Of a stretch of 64,000 nucleotides of DNA, positions 37,336-47,046 are shown piece after piece. The translations under genes were made by a program, and so were the position numbers. The notes under the pieces were generated by a model. The model was not told the DNA's origin. It made no database searches and saw only the letters and a program-made list of their open reading frames with translations. The DNA comes from an uncultured Candidatus Rokubacteria bacterium. GTDB taxonomy: Bacteria; Methylomirabilota; Methylomirabilia; Rokubacteriales; DASRDR01. Location of the stretch: NCBI GenBank assembly GCA_963805625.1, contig CAWDVE010000019.1, positions 512,001 to 576,000 on the forward strand, written 5' to 3'. How positions within the stretch are numbered: position 1 is the stretch's first letter; each line of letters starts with the position of its first letter.

Positions 37336-37775
37336 CGAGAGCCGCGGTGGCGGACGCCGCGCCGACGTGCAGCGCGTGCGGCGGGCGCTGGCCGGATCCG
37401 TCGGACCGGATCGCGGAGCTTCGGGAGAGCATTCTCTACCTCCACACGGACCAGTTCTTCCCCGGCTGGTCGGTCCTCGTGCTTCGCCGGCACGCAACCG
37501 AGCTCTTCGATCTCGAGCGAGAGGAGCGGGCGCGGGTCATGGACGAGGTGAGCGACGTCGCCGAGACGCTCAAGTCGGCGTTCGACGCTCGCAAGGTCAA
37601 CTACGCGCTGTTCGGTAACATGGTTCCGCACATGCACTGGCACCTGATCCCGCGCCTCGCCACCGATCCGGCCGCGCACGAGCCCGTGTTCGCCGTCTTG
37701 CACGACCCGGTCCGGCTCCCGAGGATGGAGCGCGCGGACCGGATCGCCCGGATCCGCAGCCGGCTCGGCCGGTGA
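37332..37775 (+). CDS. HIT family hydrolase
   Basis: GNMVPHMHWHLIPR histidine triad; N-terminal CxxC. Confidence 0.88.
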   Translation: MTRAAVADAAPTCSACGGRWPDPSDRIAELRESILYLHTDQFFPGWSVLVLRRHATELFDLEREERARVMDEVSDVAETLKSAFDARKVNYALFGNMVPHMHWHLIPRLATDPAAHEPVFAVLHDPVRLPRMERADRIARIRSRLGR

Positions 37776-39034
37776 GCGCTCGGTCCCTCTTCGTGCGCTT
37801 CCCGCTGGCGGGGGCGGTCGCGCTGGCCGTGAGCGTGGCGCTCGGCGCCGGCTGTGCCGCGTGGCGGGCGCCTGCCGTCATCGAGCCTGCCACGGCCTTG
37901 CGGCCGGTCAGGAACGCGCCCGCCCTCCGGGACGACGCCGATCCCGCCTCGCTCCGCGCGGCGGTCGTGGAGAGCCTCGCGTGGCTCGCGGCCCAGCCCG
38001 GAGACCACGTCTTCGTGGCAGGACCCCGCCGCGTCACGGTGGCGGAGCAGACGCGGGCGCTCCAGGGCCTGCTCGGCGTCCTGGTGGAGGCGTCGGGACC
38101 CGAGCGTCTGGCCGCGTACGTCCGCGAGACGTTCGAGCTGCTCGAGGCCGTGGGCGGACCGGAGGGACGGATGCTCGTGACCGGCTACTACGAGCCGGTG
38201 GTCGAGGCGTCCGAGCGTCCGAGCGCGGAGTACGGAGTGCCGGTTCTCGGACTCCCTGACGATCTGGTCGAGGTCCGCCTCGAGGCGTTCGATCCCCGCT
38301 ATCGCGGAGAGCGGCTATTCGGCCGAGTCGAGGGCCGGCGGCTGGTTCCGTACTGGCGGCGGGCCGACATCGCCGCGGGCCGCCTCGCCGGCCGCGGCCT
38401 GGAGCTCGCATGGGCGCGTGACCCGGTCGACGTGTTCTTCATGGAGATCCAGGGGAGCGGGACGCTTCGCTTTCCCGATGGTCGCGAGCGTCGCGTGGGC
38501 TACGCCGGCGCCAACGGCCGGGCGTACCGCGCCATCGGGCGCCTCCTGATCGACGAGGGACACGTCCCCCGCGACGCCATGTCGATGCAAGCGATTCGCG
38601 AATGGCTCCGTGTTCACCCGGGCGAGCGGCAGCGCGTGCTCCAGCACAACGAGTCCTACATCTTCTTCCGGCCGCTGTCGGGGCCGCCGGAGGGGAGCCT
38701 GGGCCGCCCTCTCACCCCCGGGCGCTCCGTCGCGACCGACGCGCGACTCTTTCCGCCCGGCACCCTGGCCTTCCTCGACACCGAGCAGCCGGAGCGGGCC
38801 CCGGACGGCACGGTCCGCTGGGTACCCCTCGCGCGCTTCGTCCTCAACCAGGACACGGGCGGCGCGCTCCGGGGCGCCGGGCGGGTCGACTTCTTCTGGG
38901 GACGCGGCGAGGCGGCGGCTTTCGCCGCGGGCCTGATGCGGCAGCCCGGCCGGCTCTACTTCCTCGTGCCCAGGGCGGCGGCCGTCGCCACGTCGGGACT
39001 GGTCCGTGAGAACGCAGGGAGCCAGGCGCCCTAG
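37772..39034 (+). CDS. mltA: membrane-bound lytic murein transglycosylase A (copy 2, lipoprotein)
   Basis: Lipobox LGAGC; VTGYYEP, FFMEIQGSG, QDTGGALRGAGRVDFFWG. Confidence 0.9.
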   Translation: MSARSLFVRFPLAGAVALAVSVALGAGCAAWRAPAVIEPATALRPVRNAPALRDDADPASLRAAVVESLAWLAAQPGDHVFVAGPRRVTVAEQTRALQGLLGVLVEASGPERLAAYVRETFELLEAVGGPEGRMLVTGYYEPVVEASERPSAEYGVPVLGLPDDLVEVRLEAFDPRYRGERLFGRVEGRRLVPYWRRADIAAGRLAGRGLELAWARDPVDVFFMEIQGSGTLRFPDGRERRVGYAGANGRAYRAIGRLLIDEGHVPRDAMSMQAIREWLRVHPGERQRVLQHNESYIFFRPLSGPPEGSLGRPLTPGRSVATDARLFPPGTLAFLDTEQPERAPDGTVRWVPLARFVLNQDTGGALRGAGRVDFFWGRGEAAAFAAGLMRQPGRLYFLVPRAAAVATSGLVRENAGSQAP

Positions 39035-39496
39035 GGGGCCGCCGGACCGTCGATGCCGATGACGCCGACGGCGAAGTGGAGCGTTATGCCGGCAAGGGGA
39101 TGGTTGAGATCGAGGCGCACACTGTACCCTCTCGGACCTCCTTGACCCGCACGACTCGAGTCGAGCCGTCGGGGCCCCGTAGGCCTCCTCCGGCGCGACC
39201 GTCACTCGCTTTTCCTCCCCGACACCCATTCCGACTGCGGCGCGCTCGAGCCCCACGGTGACCTGATGCTCGCCCTGCGTGAAGACGAGCGGGTCGGCCT
39301 CGGTGCTCGCGTCGCGGACCGCGCCCGCGTCGTCGCGCATCGTGTACTCCAGGCGCACGGAGCCTTCCGCCACGACACGTCCGCCGGGAGTGACGATTCC
39401 TGACGCCGGCTGGGAGGAATTGGGCAGAATACGGAGCCTCACCAGTCCTGTGGCCAGTCCACAAACCGCCAGCGCGATCAACGCTTTCCGGAACAT
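39031..39496 (-). pseudogene. FKBP-type PPIase (SlyD-like), frameshifted and deleted
   Basis: Three frames: ...LEYT...PLVFTQGEHQVTVGLERA..GMGVGEEKRVTVAPEEAYG / GPDGSTRVVRVKEVREGT / VRLDLNHPLAGITLHFAV...TAG. Confidence 0.8.
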
Positions 39497-39537
39497 GCGT
39501 CCCCACGTCGTCCGCGTTCCGGGCCGATGGATTTCTC

Positions 39538-39553
39538 GGGCACATGCTTTGCA
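39538..39553 (+). promoter_or_regulatory. sigma-54 (-24/-12) promoter of the REC-pilB-like-pilT-pilU operon
   Basis: GGGCAC-ATGCT-TTGCA (GG-N10-GC), about 55 nt upstream of GTG 39608. Confidence 0.6.
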
Positions 39554-39607
39554 CCCTAGATCAGGCCGGCTGTGGTGCGCAAACGCAAGAGTCACGGAGG
39601 ACAGGTC

Positions 39608-40027
39608 GTGTCTGATAGCGAGCTGGGTGCCGCGAGCGATCATCCCGACTCTCGCCCCTTGGCGATCGTCGCCGACGACGAGGCCGAGGTGCGCCGGCTG
39701 ATCAGCGAGGTCCTCGCGGAGGTGGGCTTCGAGACCCTTCCCGCCCGGGACGGGTTCGAGCTCCTCGACCTTGCCGCGCGACACCGGCCGCAACTCATCG
39801 TCGCGGACGTGATGATGCCCAGCATGGACGGCTACACGGCGGTCGCCCGCCTGCGGGGGCAGCCCGCGACGGCCGGTACCCCCATCATCATGATCACGGG
39901 CTGCACCGACCCCGCATACGGGCAGCTCAGCGAGGGTGTGGGAGCTTCGGCTCACGTGACCAAGCCGTTCTCTCCCTTCCTCCTCGGTGAGCTGGCTCAG
40001 GAGATGGTCCGGAGGTCGCGCGTGTGA
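39608..40027 (+). CDS. single-domain response regulator (REC)
   Basis: IVADDE, ADVMMPSMDG (phospho-Asp), IIMITG, TKPF; GGAGG RBS. Confidence 0.88.
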   Translation: MSDSELGAASDHPDSRPLAIVADDEAEVRRLISEVLAEVGFETLPARDGFELLDLAARHRPQLIVADVMMPSMDGYTAVARLRGQPATAGTPIIMITGCTDPAYGQLSEGVGASAHVTKPFSPFLLGELAQEMVRRSRV

Positions 40028-41424
40028 GCACGCGCCAGCGTCTGGGCGACGTGCTGTTGGAGCGCGAGCTCATCACGCGAGCGCAGCTCGACGAGGCGCT
40101 GGCGCGCCACCGATTGAATGGGCGCCGCCTTGGCGAGGTGCTCCTGTCGATGGGCGCCATCACCCAGGAGCAGCTCACCTGGGGCCTGTCCGAGGCCCTC
40201 CACATCCCCTTCGTCGAGCTATCGGACGAGATGGTGGACCTGGACGTCGCGCGGTCGCTGCCCGAGGCGGTGCTCCGCCGTCACGAGGCGGTGCCGATCC
40301 TCCGGGTAGCCGACGAGATGACGGTGCTCGTGGCCGATCCGACGAACCGCCAGGCCGCGATCGAGCTTGAGGCCCTGAGCGGCTCCCGGGTCTCCATGGC
40401 GCTGGCGGCCCGGGAGGCCGTGCTCCACTTTCTCGATCACGCCTTCCCGGATTCGAAGGGGGCAGGACACCAGGGCCCGGGTGCGAACGGGCAGACCGGG
40501 CAGGTCGTGGACCTCACCGGCGTCAGCCAGGTGTTCGCACTCCTCCTCGGGGCCGTCCGGGACCGGGCGAGCGAGCTGTACCTCGAGCCGGCCCCGAACG
40601 GCGTCCTCGTCCGCGTCCGGGTCGACGGCCGGCTGCTCGACCGTGCCTGGTTCGACCGCGAGCTGCTCGCGCCGATCACGTTCCGGCTCCGCGTGCTTGC
40701 GGGGCTCCGGGGCGAGCCCGCGCCGAGGCTGGCTCGTGTCCGGACCCGGCTCGAAGGACGCGACACCGAGCTCGAGTTCTTCTTCTTCCCGACGCTGTCG
40801 GGGGAGGCCGTCACGGTGCGCTTCCAGCCCATGGTCGTGGAGGCCCCCACGCTCCTGACGCTCGGCGCGAGCGAGCCCGTCCACCGGCTGCTCGTGGAGC
40901 TCGTCGGAGACGTCACGACACCCGCCAGCCCGGGCGGGCTCGTCGTCGTGGCCGGTCCTGACGCGAGGGCCCGGGCGGAGGTCCTCTACGCTCTCGCCCG
41001 GGCCGCCGCGGCGCCCGGGCGGCGCGTCCTGACCCTCGAGCGGCGCGCCTCGTTCGTGGTGCCCGGGTTCCTCCAGGTCGAGCTTCCCGTCGACTTCGGG
41101 ACGGAGGCCCCCACGGTGCTGAGCCAGCCGGCGGACGTGATCCTCGTCGAGGACGTCACCCCGCCGCCCCTGGCTGCCGCGGCCCTGGCCACCGCCGAGC
41201 AGGGCACGCTCGTCCTGGCCGGCCTCGGTCTCGGCTCGGCGCGGAGCGCGCTGACCTATCTCGCGACGGTCGACCTGCGCGGCCCGCTGCTCGGGCTGAC
41301 CCGGGGCGTCGTCGGCGTGCGGCGCCACGGGCGCGGTCTGACCGTCGATGCCCTCTCCCTTACCCCGGCCCTCCGCCGGGACCTGATCGAGCGAAAGGAC
41401 CCATGGACGTCGCCGAGCTCTTGA
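40024..41424 (+). CDS. PilB/GspE-like protein with MshEN domain and degenerate ATPase domain
   Basis: RLGDVLL...QLDEAL and RLGEVLL...QL tandem MshEN motif; ASELYLEP, RVRVDGRL; Walker A reads GPDARARA. Confidence 0.8.
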   Translation: MSTRQRLGDVLLERELITRAQLDEALARHRLNGRRLGEVLLSMGAITQEQLTWGLSEALHIPFVELSDEMVDLDVARSLPEAVLRRHEAVPILRVADEMTVLVADPTNRQAAIELEALSGSRVSMALAAREAVLHFLDHAFPDSKGAGHQGPGANGQTGQVVDLTGVSQVFALLLGAVRDRASELYLEPAPNGVLVRVRVDGRLLDRAWFDRELLAPITFRLRVLAGLRGEPAPRLARVRTRLEGRDTELEFFFFPTLSGEAVTVRFQPMVVEAPTLLTLGASEPVHRLLVELVGDVTTPASPGGLVVVAGPDARARAEVLYALARAAAAPGRRVLTLERRASFVVPGFLQVELPVDFGTEAPTVLSQPADVILVEDVTPPPLAAAALATAEQGTLVLAGLGLGSARSALTYLATVDLRGPLLGLTRGVVGVRRHGRGLTVDALSLTPALRRDLIERKDPWTSPSS

Positions 41425-42488
41425 TTCTCACGAAGGAGCGAGGTGGATCCGACCTCCACCTGTCCGCTGGAGCACAGCCGCTGATGCGACTCCACGGCCA
41501 ACTCACGCCCATCGAGGACCGCCCTCTCAGCCGGGACGAGGTCCACAAGATGGTCTACGAGATCCTCAACGACGACCAGCGGCGGCTGTTCGAGGAGCAG
41601 CGCGACCTGGACTTCGCCATCGAGATCGGGGAGCACGCGCGGTTCCGCGTCAACGTGTTCAACCAGCGGAACGGCGAGGGGGCGGTGTTCCGGGTGATCC
41701 CCACGCAGATCCGGTCATTCCAGGAGCTCGGTCTGCCGGAGGTCATGCAGACGCTGGCCCTTCGGGAGAACGGCCTGGTGCTGGTCACCGGTCCGACCGG
41801 CTCGGGCAAGTCGACGACACTGGCGGCCATGATCGACCTCGTGAACGCGACCCAGAAGAAGCACATCATCACGCTCGAGGACCCGATCGAGTTCGTCCAC
41901 CGGTCCAAGGGTTGCCTCGTGAACCAGCGGGAGACGGGGTCGCACACGAAGTCGTTCGCGGCGGCGCTCCGGGCGGCCCTCCGGGAGGACCCCGATGTCA
42001 TCCTCGTGGGCGAGATGCGGGACCTCGAGACGATCAGTCTCGCGCTGACGGCTGCGGAGACGGGGCATCTCGTCTTCGCCACGCTTCACACCAAGAGCGC
42101 GCCGAAGACGATCGACCGCATCATCGATGCATTCCCGCCCGCGCAGCAGCAGCAGGTGCGCGTGCAGCTGGCCGAGGCCCTCCAGGGCGTGGTCTCGCAG
42201 CTCCTGTTCCCGACGAAGGACAAGAAGGGACGGGTGGCCGCCTTCGAGATCATGGTGGCGACCGTGGCCATCCGAAACCTCATCCGGGAAGGGAAGACCC
42301 ACCAGATGCCTTCCTCGATCCAGACGGGCACACAGCACGGCATGCAGAGCCTGGAGCAGGCCCTCCGGAACCTCGTGATGCAGGGTCGGATCGATCGGGC
42401 GCACGCCGAGGGGGTCCTGCAGTCGTCCTCGTCTGGCTCTGGCGGTACGCTCGGTCCAGCTCCTGCCGCGGCCACGGGTGGTCGGTAG
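41403..42488 (+). CDS. pilT: type IV pilus retraction ATPase PilT
   Basis: SDLHL, GPTGSGKST, EDPIE, LREDPDVILVGEMRD, TLHT, AIRNLIRE. Confidence 0.95.
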   Translation: MDVAELLILTKERGGSDLHLSAGAQPLMRLHGQLTPIEDRPLSRDEVHKMVYEILNDDQRRLFEEQRDLDFAIEIGEHARFRVNVFNQRNGEGAVFRVIPTQIRSFQELGLPEVMQTLALRENGLVLVTGPTGSGKSTTLAAMIDLVNATQKKHIITLEDPIEFVHRSKGCLVNQRETGSHTKSFAAALRAALREDPDVILVGEMRDLETISLALTAAETGHLVFATLHTKSAPKTIDRIIDAFPPAQQQQVRVQLAEALQGVVSQLLFPTKDKKGRVAAFEIMVATVAIRNLIREGKTHQMPSSIQTGTQHGMQSLEQALRNLVMQGRIDRAHAEGVLQSSSSGSGGTLGPAPAAATGGR

Positions 42489-42494
42489 GACCCC

Positions 42495-43562
42495 GTGACG
42501 ACGTTCGACGCGGTGCTCACCGAGGCCGTCTCGAGCGGGGCGTCGGATGTCTACTTCCTGGAGGGCGTTCCCCCCGCGATCAAGGTGGATGGCCTCGTGA
42601 ACCCCGTCGCCGGCGCGGCCGCGCTCGATGCCGCGGCGATGCGCGGCATTCTCGAGCGGCTCCTGCCGGTGCGAGAGCGGACCGCCTTCGCGGAGGTCGG
42701 CGAGGCGAACCTGTCGCACATGCACCCCATCCTCGGCCGTTTCCGCGTGAACTGCTACCGGGCGATGGGAGTCTCGGGCGCGGTGCTCCGCCGGGTGAAG
42801 ACGGAGGTGCCGACGCTCGAGTCGCTCGAGCTGCCGTCGCTCCTGGGCACCCTGGCGCTGGAGCGCCAGGGGCTGATCCTCCTGGTGGGCGCGACGGGCG
42901 CGGGGAAGTCCACGACCGTCGCCGCCATGCTCCACCACCGCATCACGCGGTCCCGCGGCCACGTAGTGACGATCGAGGATCCGGTGGAGTTCCTGCACGA
43001 CTCGGATCAGAGCATCGTGTCGCAGCGCGAGGTGGGGATCGACACCGAATCCTATCTGGTGGGCCTGCGCAACGCGCTCCGACAGGCCCCCGACGCCATC
43101 TTCGTCGGCGAGCTCCGGGATCCCGAGACGGTGGCGGTCGCGCTGCATTCCGCCGAGACCGGCCACCTCGTCGTGTCCACGCTTCACGCGACGAACGCGA
43201 CGACGGCCATCGAGCGCCTGCTCAACTTCTTTCAGCCCGAGGTGCGGACCTCGACGCTCCTCCAGCTGTCGCTCACGCTCCGTGCCGTGGTCGCGCAGCG
43301 GCTCGTTCCTCGGGTCGAGGGAAAGGGTCGGGCCGCCGCCACCGAGATCATGTTGGTCACGCCGCGCATCCAGGCGCTGATCCGGCGCGGCGAGCTCGAA
43401 ACCGTGCGGCAGGCGATCGAGGAGGGCTCAAACGAGGGGCTCCAGACCTTCGACCAGGCGCTGTTCGACCTCCTCCAGCGTAAGGCCATCGGACAGGACG
43501 ACGCCGTCCGTTTCGCCGACAGCCCGAACAACCTCCGGCTCCGAATGAAGGGCATCCGCTAG
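42495..43562 (+). CDS. pilU: type IV pilus ATPase PilU (PilT family)
   Basis: GATGAGKST, EDPVE, LRQAPDAIFVGELRD, TLHATNA, QTFDQALF...ADSPNNLRLR. Confidence 0.88.
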   Translation: MTTFDAVLTEAVSSGASDVYFLEGVPPAIKVDGLVNPVAGAAALDAAAMRGILERLLPVRERTAFAEVGEANLSHMHPILGRFRVNCYRAMGVSGAVLRRVKTEVPTLESLELPSLLGTLALERQGLILLVGATGAGKSTTVAAMLHHRITRSRGHVVTIEDPVEFLHDSDQSIVSQREVGIDTESYLVGLRNALRQAPDAIFVGELRDPETVAVALHSAETGHLVVSTLHATNATTAIERLLNFFQPEVRTSTLLQLSLTLRAVVAQRLVPRVEGKGRAAATEIMLVTPRIQALIRRGELETVRQAIEEGSNEGLQTFDQALFDLLQRKAIGQDDAVRFADSPNNLRLRMKGIR

Positions 43563-43663
43563 GCGGTCGGCGGCCGTGCGGCCGCGATCAACCGCCCGGG
43601 CTCGGGCTCGGAGCTGAAACCGGGTGTGCGGGCGATGATCGACGGGCGCCGACCTTCGAGGTC

Positions 43664-46051
43664 TCACTCACTCGAACTCGTGGATTCCGACCCAACTGGC
43701 AGGGTGAAGGTGAACGTGGACCCCTGGCCCACCTGGCTCCGGACCCACATCTGCCCCCCGTGTAACTCCACGAACTTCTTGGCCAGTGTCAGCCCGAGCC
43801 CCGTGCCCTCGGGCCGCTGGAGGCCAGCGACCCCCACCTGGCGGAACTCTTCGAAAATTGCTGCTTGATCCTCCGGCGCGATTCCGATCCCGGTGTCGCT
43901 GACCGAGATCTCGATGACGCCATCCGAGGGCGTTGCCGTGCTGGTGACCCGCCCACCCTCAGGGGTGAACTTCACGGCGTTGGAGAGGAGATTCAGCAGT
44001 ATCTGCTTGACCTTCCGCTCGTCAGCTACGATGTCTCCCACGCGCCCGTCCACGGCCTGGGCGAGGGTGATCCCGTGCCGGGTCGCACGCTCCCGAACCA
44101 GGGTCAGCGCATTGTCGAGGGCGGTGGGCAGGTGGAAACGCCCGAGCTCCAGCTCAAGCCGTCCGGCCTCCACCTTGGAAAGGTCGAGAATGTCGTTGAT
44201 CAGCGAGAGGAGATGACGGCCGGAGGCCAGAATGTCCCGGAGGTACTCGGCCTGCTTCTCGTTCACGTCCCCGAACATCTGCTCTGCCAGGACCTCCGAA
44301 AAGCCAATGACGGCATTGAGCGGCGTCCGCAGCTCGTGGGACATGTTGGCGAGGAACTCGGACTTGTGGCGGCTAGCCGCTTCGAGTTGTCTGCCCTTGC
44401 TCTCGATCTCTCGAAAGAGACGTGCATTCTCGATCGCCAGGGCCGACTGCGCGGCAAACGTCTCCAGCAGTCCGGTCAGTTCGGCCGGGAACTCGCCCGG
44501 GTCTCGTCGCCGCACGACGAGACCGCCGATGATCCGCTCCTCTCGCACGAGGGGCACGGCAAGGAGGGCGCGGACTCCGGACTTGACCGCGAGATCGTGT
44601 AGACGTCCACCGTATGCCCCGGGCGTCAGGACGTCGGCGACCTGCACGGGCTGTCCGGAGGCCACGGCCCGCCCCACCGCTCCTTCACCGTACCGTATGG
44701 GCACCGCGCGAAGCTCAGCCACGTGCTCGTCGGTCATCCCGTGGCTGACACTCACCATGAACTGCTGGGTCGTCTCGTCGTACTCGTAGATCGTGCCCTC
44801 GTCGGCCCCGACGAGCTGCACCGCGTGCATCACGATGCTGTTGAGCACTGCCTGGAGGTCGAGGGTCGAGCTGACCGCCCGACCTATCTCAGCGAGCGCG
44901 GTCAGCCGCTGTAGCGCCTCCATGAGGTCCCGCGTTCGCTCGGCGACCCTCCGCTCGAGATTCGCGTGTGACTCCTCGAGTCGCACCGCCGTCCGGTTGA
45001 ACTCGTCGCCGAGCGTCTCCAGCTCGTCGCCGGTCCGGACCTGTATGCGGTGACTCAGATCGCCTGCGCCGATCCGCGCGGCCCCGGTCTGGAGGACGCG
45101 GATCGGGGCAACCATGCGTCGGGCCAGGAGCACGCTCGCCAGAACCGAGAGCACGAGACCGAGAGCGAAGAGAATGATGCTGCGGACGATCGAGGCCTGA
45201 AGGGGTGCGAATGCCTCGCCGAGCGGCTGCTCCACGAACACGACCCATCCGAGCGGCGCGACGGGGGCATACGCGGCGAGGAACTGCCCACCGTGCAGGC
45301 CCGGGCCCACCATGCCGACTCGCTCGTCGCCCGAGGCCGATCGAGGGCCGCGTGCGGAACGGACCTGGGGCAGGGCGGATAGATCACGCTTCTGAAGGAC
45401 CAGGCTGATGTCCGGGTGGGCGACCAGGCGGCCGAGCGAGTCGACGACGTACGCATACCCCGCCTTGCCGATCCGGATCCGGGAGACCACGTCCCAGATG
45501 GCCTTCAGGTTGACCTCGGCGACGGTGACCTCTACGCGGTATTCGGTCACGGGCACCGCGATGGTCATGTAGGGTTCGGACTCGTTCCGGAAATACACTG
45601 GGCTGAAGTACGTCGTACCAGCTCTGGCCTCGAGAAACTTCGGCGCTCGCGAGTAGTCCTCCTCGCTGCCGATGGCGTCCAGGGCCATGCGGGACACTCG
45701 AAGCCGTTCTTTTCCGGACGCGTCGAGGTGACTGATCTCGGTAATCGCCGGGACGTTGCGGAGCAGCCGGAGATAGTCGATCTCCCGCTGCTCCTGTGCC
45801 GCCACCGGATCGTCGAAGGCGGCCTGGGTCGTCCAGCGCACCTGCCGCTCGATGTCTTGGACGAACTGCTCGATCCTCCCCGCCGCCGCTACCGCTTGCT
45901 CGTGCTCGATCCGGACGAGCGCCGCCTTGGTCTCCTGGTAGGAAAAGTAAAGGTCGACCGCGCTGCTGACCAGGAGTACGCCGCCGACCAGGAGGAGGAG
46001 GACGACGACGTACTTTCGGAAGAGTCGACCTCGCGACCCTGACTCGTTCAT
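43664..46051 (-). CDS. Cache-HAMP-GAF sensor histidine kinase
   Basis: TM, dCache (YAYVVD...AHPD), TM, HAMP, GAF, SHELRTPL, NLLSNAVKF, GTGLGL. Confidence 0.9.
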   Translation of the reverse strand: MNESGSRGRLFRKYVVVLLLLVGGVLLVSSAVDLYFSYQETKAALVRIEHEQAVAAAGRIEQFVQDIERQVRWTTQAAFDDPVAAQEQREIDYLRLLRNVPAITEISHLDASGKERLRVSRMALDAIGSEEDYSRAPKFLEARAGTTYFSPVYFRNESEPYMTIAVPVTEYRVEVTVAEVNLKAIWDVVSRIRIGKAGYAYVVDSLGRLVAHPDISLVLQKRDLSALPQVRSARGPRSASGDERVGMVGPGLHGGQFLAAYAPVAPLGWVVFVEQPLGEAFAPLQASIVRSIILFALGLVLSVLASVLLARRMVAPIRVLQTGAARIGAGDLSHRIQVRTGDELETLGDEFNRTAVRLEESHANLERRVAERTRDLMEALQRLTALAEIGRAVSSTLDLQAVLNSIVMHAVQLVGADEGTIYEYDETTQQFMVSVSHGMTDEHVAELRAVPIRYGEGAVGRAVASGQPVQVADVLTPGAYGGRLHDLAVKSGVRALLAVPLVREERIIGGLVVRRRDPGEFPAELTGLLETFAAQSALAIENARLFREIESKGRQLEAASRHKSEFLANMSHELRTPLNAVIGFSEVLAEQMFGDVNEKQAEYLRDILASGRHLLSLINDILDLSKVEAGRLELELGRFHLPTALDNALTLVRERATRHGITLAQAVDGRVGDIVADERKVKQILLNLLSNAVKFTPEGGRVTSTATPSDGVIEISVSDTGIGIAPEDQAAIFEEFRQVGVAGLQRPEGTGLGLTLAKKFVELHGGQMWVRSQVGQGSTFTFTLPVGSESTSSSE

Positions 46052-47046
46052 CGTTGCAACCTGTCGGCGCGGAGCAAGACCTTCCGCGGTACCGTCAGTC
46101 CGAGGAGGTTGGCGGTCTTGAGATTCACCACGAGGTCAATCTTGTCGGCCCCTTCCACGGGCAGGTCCTGGGGGCGTGCCCCTCGCAAGATCTTCGCCAC
46201 CAACCGCGCTGCCTGAACCCCCTGCGCGTAATAGTCGGGCCCGTAGGAGACGAGACCGCCGTTGCCGACCCAGAGCGCCGCCGGAAAGACGGCCGGTATG
46301 CGGGCCGCCAGCGACGCTTCCAGGAGCACGGCCGGTATGTCCATCGTCGCGATGTCCGGGGGCAACAGTGCGTCGCCGGGTCCAAGTTCCTTGAGGGCCC
46401 GCTCGAGGTCCTCCGCGGTGCGCACCGGGCGGTCCACCACCCGAAGCTTCAACCGTGGTCCCGCTTCCTGGGCCTTCCGGGCCGCTGCCACAGAGGAGGG
46501 GTCGCCAGGATAATAAATGACCCAGATACGCTGGACGGCCGGTACGAGCTTCTGCAGAGTCTCAATGCGCTTCGGCACCAGCTCGGTGGTCAGGTTCGAC
46601 ACGCCGGTGACGTTCCCGCCCGGATGCGCGAGCTGTGCGACGATTCCGACGGCCACTGGATCTCCCACAAGGGTGAAAACGATGGGGACTTTCTGCGTGG
46701 CGTGTTTGGCTGCCCGGGTAGCAGCCTCGTTGCTGGTAAAGAGCAGATCGACCTGCGCCTTTACCAGGGCGGCCGTGGCGGCATTCGTGGCTGACGGATC
46801 GCCCTTGGTGAAATGGATGTCGAATGTGACGTCCCGGTCCTCGTCGAGCCCCAGTTCCTTGAGGCCGGCCTTGAGTCCCTCAACGGTGGGGTGGTTCGCC
46901 GTCCACGCCTCGTTGAGCACGCCGACGCGGTAGGGACGGCGCCCTTCCTCGGCGTCAGCCTTCGCGGAGAGAAGCACAAGAACGACCGCGAGTGCCCCCA
47001 ACGCGCAAATCGAGAGGAAGCGAGAAGATCTCAGCGCTGATTCCAC
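46048..47046 (-). CDS. ABC transporter substrate-binding protein (ABC_sub_bind type), orphan
   Basis: PIVF...DPV...HPGGNVTG, GGLVSYG, ILRGARPQDLPVE, NLKTA. Stop overlaps the kinase start. Confidence 0.88.
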   Translation of the reverse strand: MESALRSSRFLSICALGALAVVLVLLSAKADAEEGRRPYRVGVLNEAWTANHPTVEGLKAGLKELGLDEDRDVTFDIHFTKGDPSATNAATAALVKAQVDLLFTSNEAATRAAKHATQKVPIVFTLVGDPVAVGIVAQLAHPGGNVTGVSNLTTELVPKRIETLQKLVPAVQRIWVIYYPGDPSSVAAARKAQEAGPRLKLRVVDRPVRTAEDLERALKELGPGDALLPPDIATMDIPAVLLEASLAARIPAVFPAALWVGNGGLVSYGPDYYAQGVQAARLVAKILRGARPQDLPVEGADKIDLVVNLKTANLLGLTVPRKVLLRADRLQR

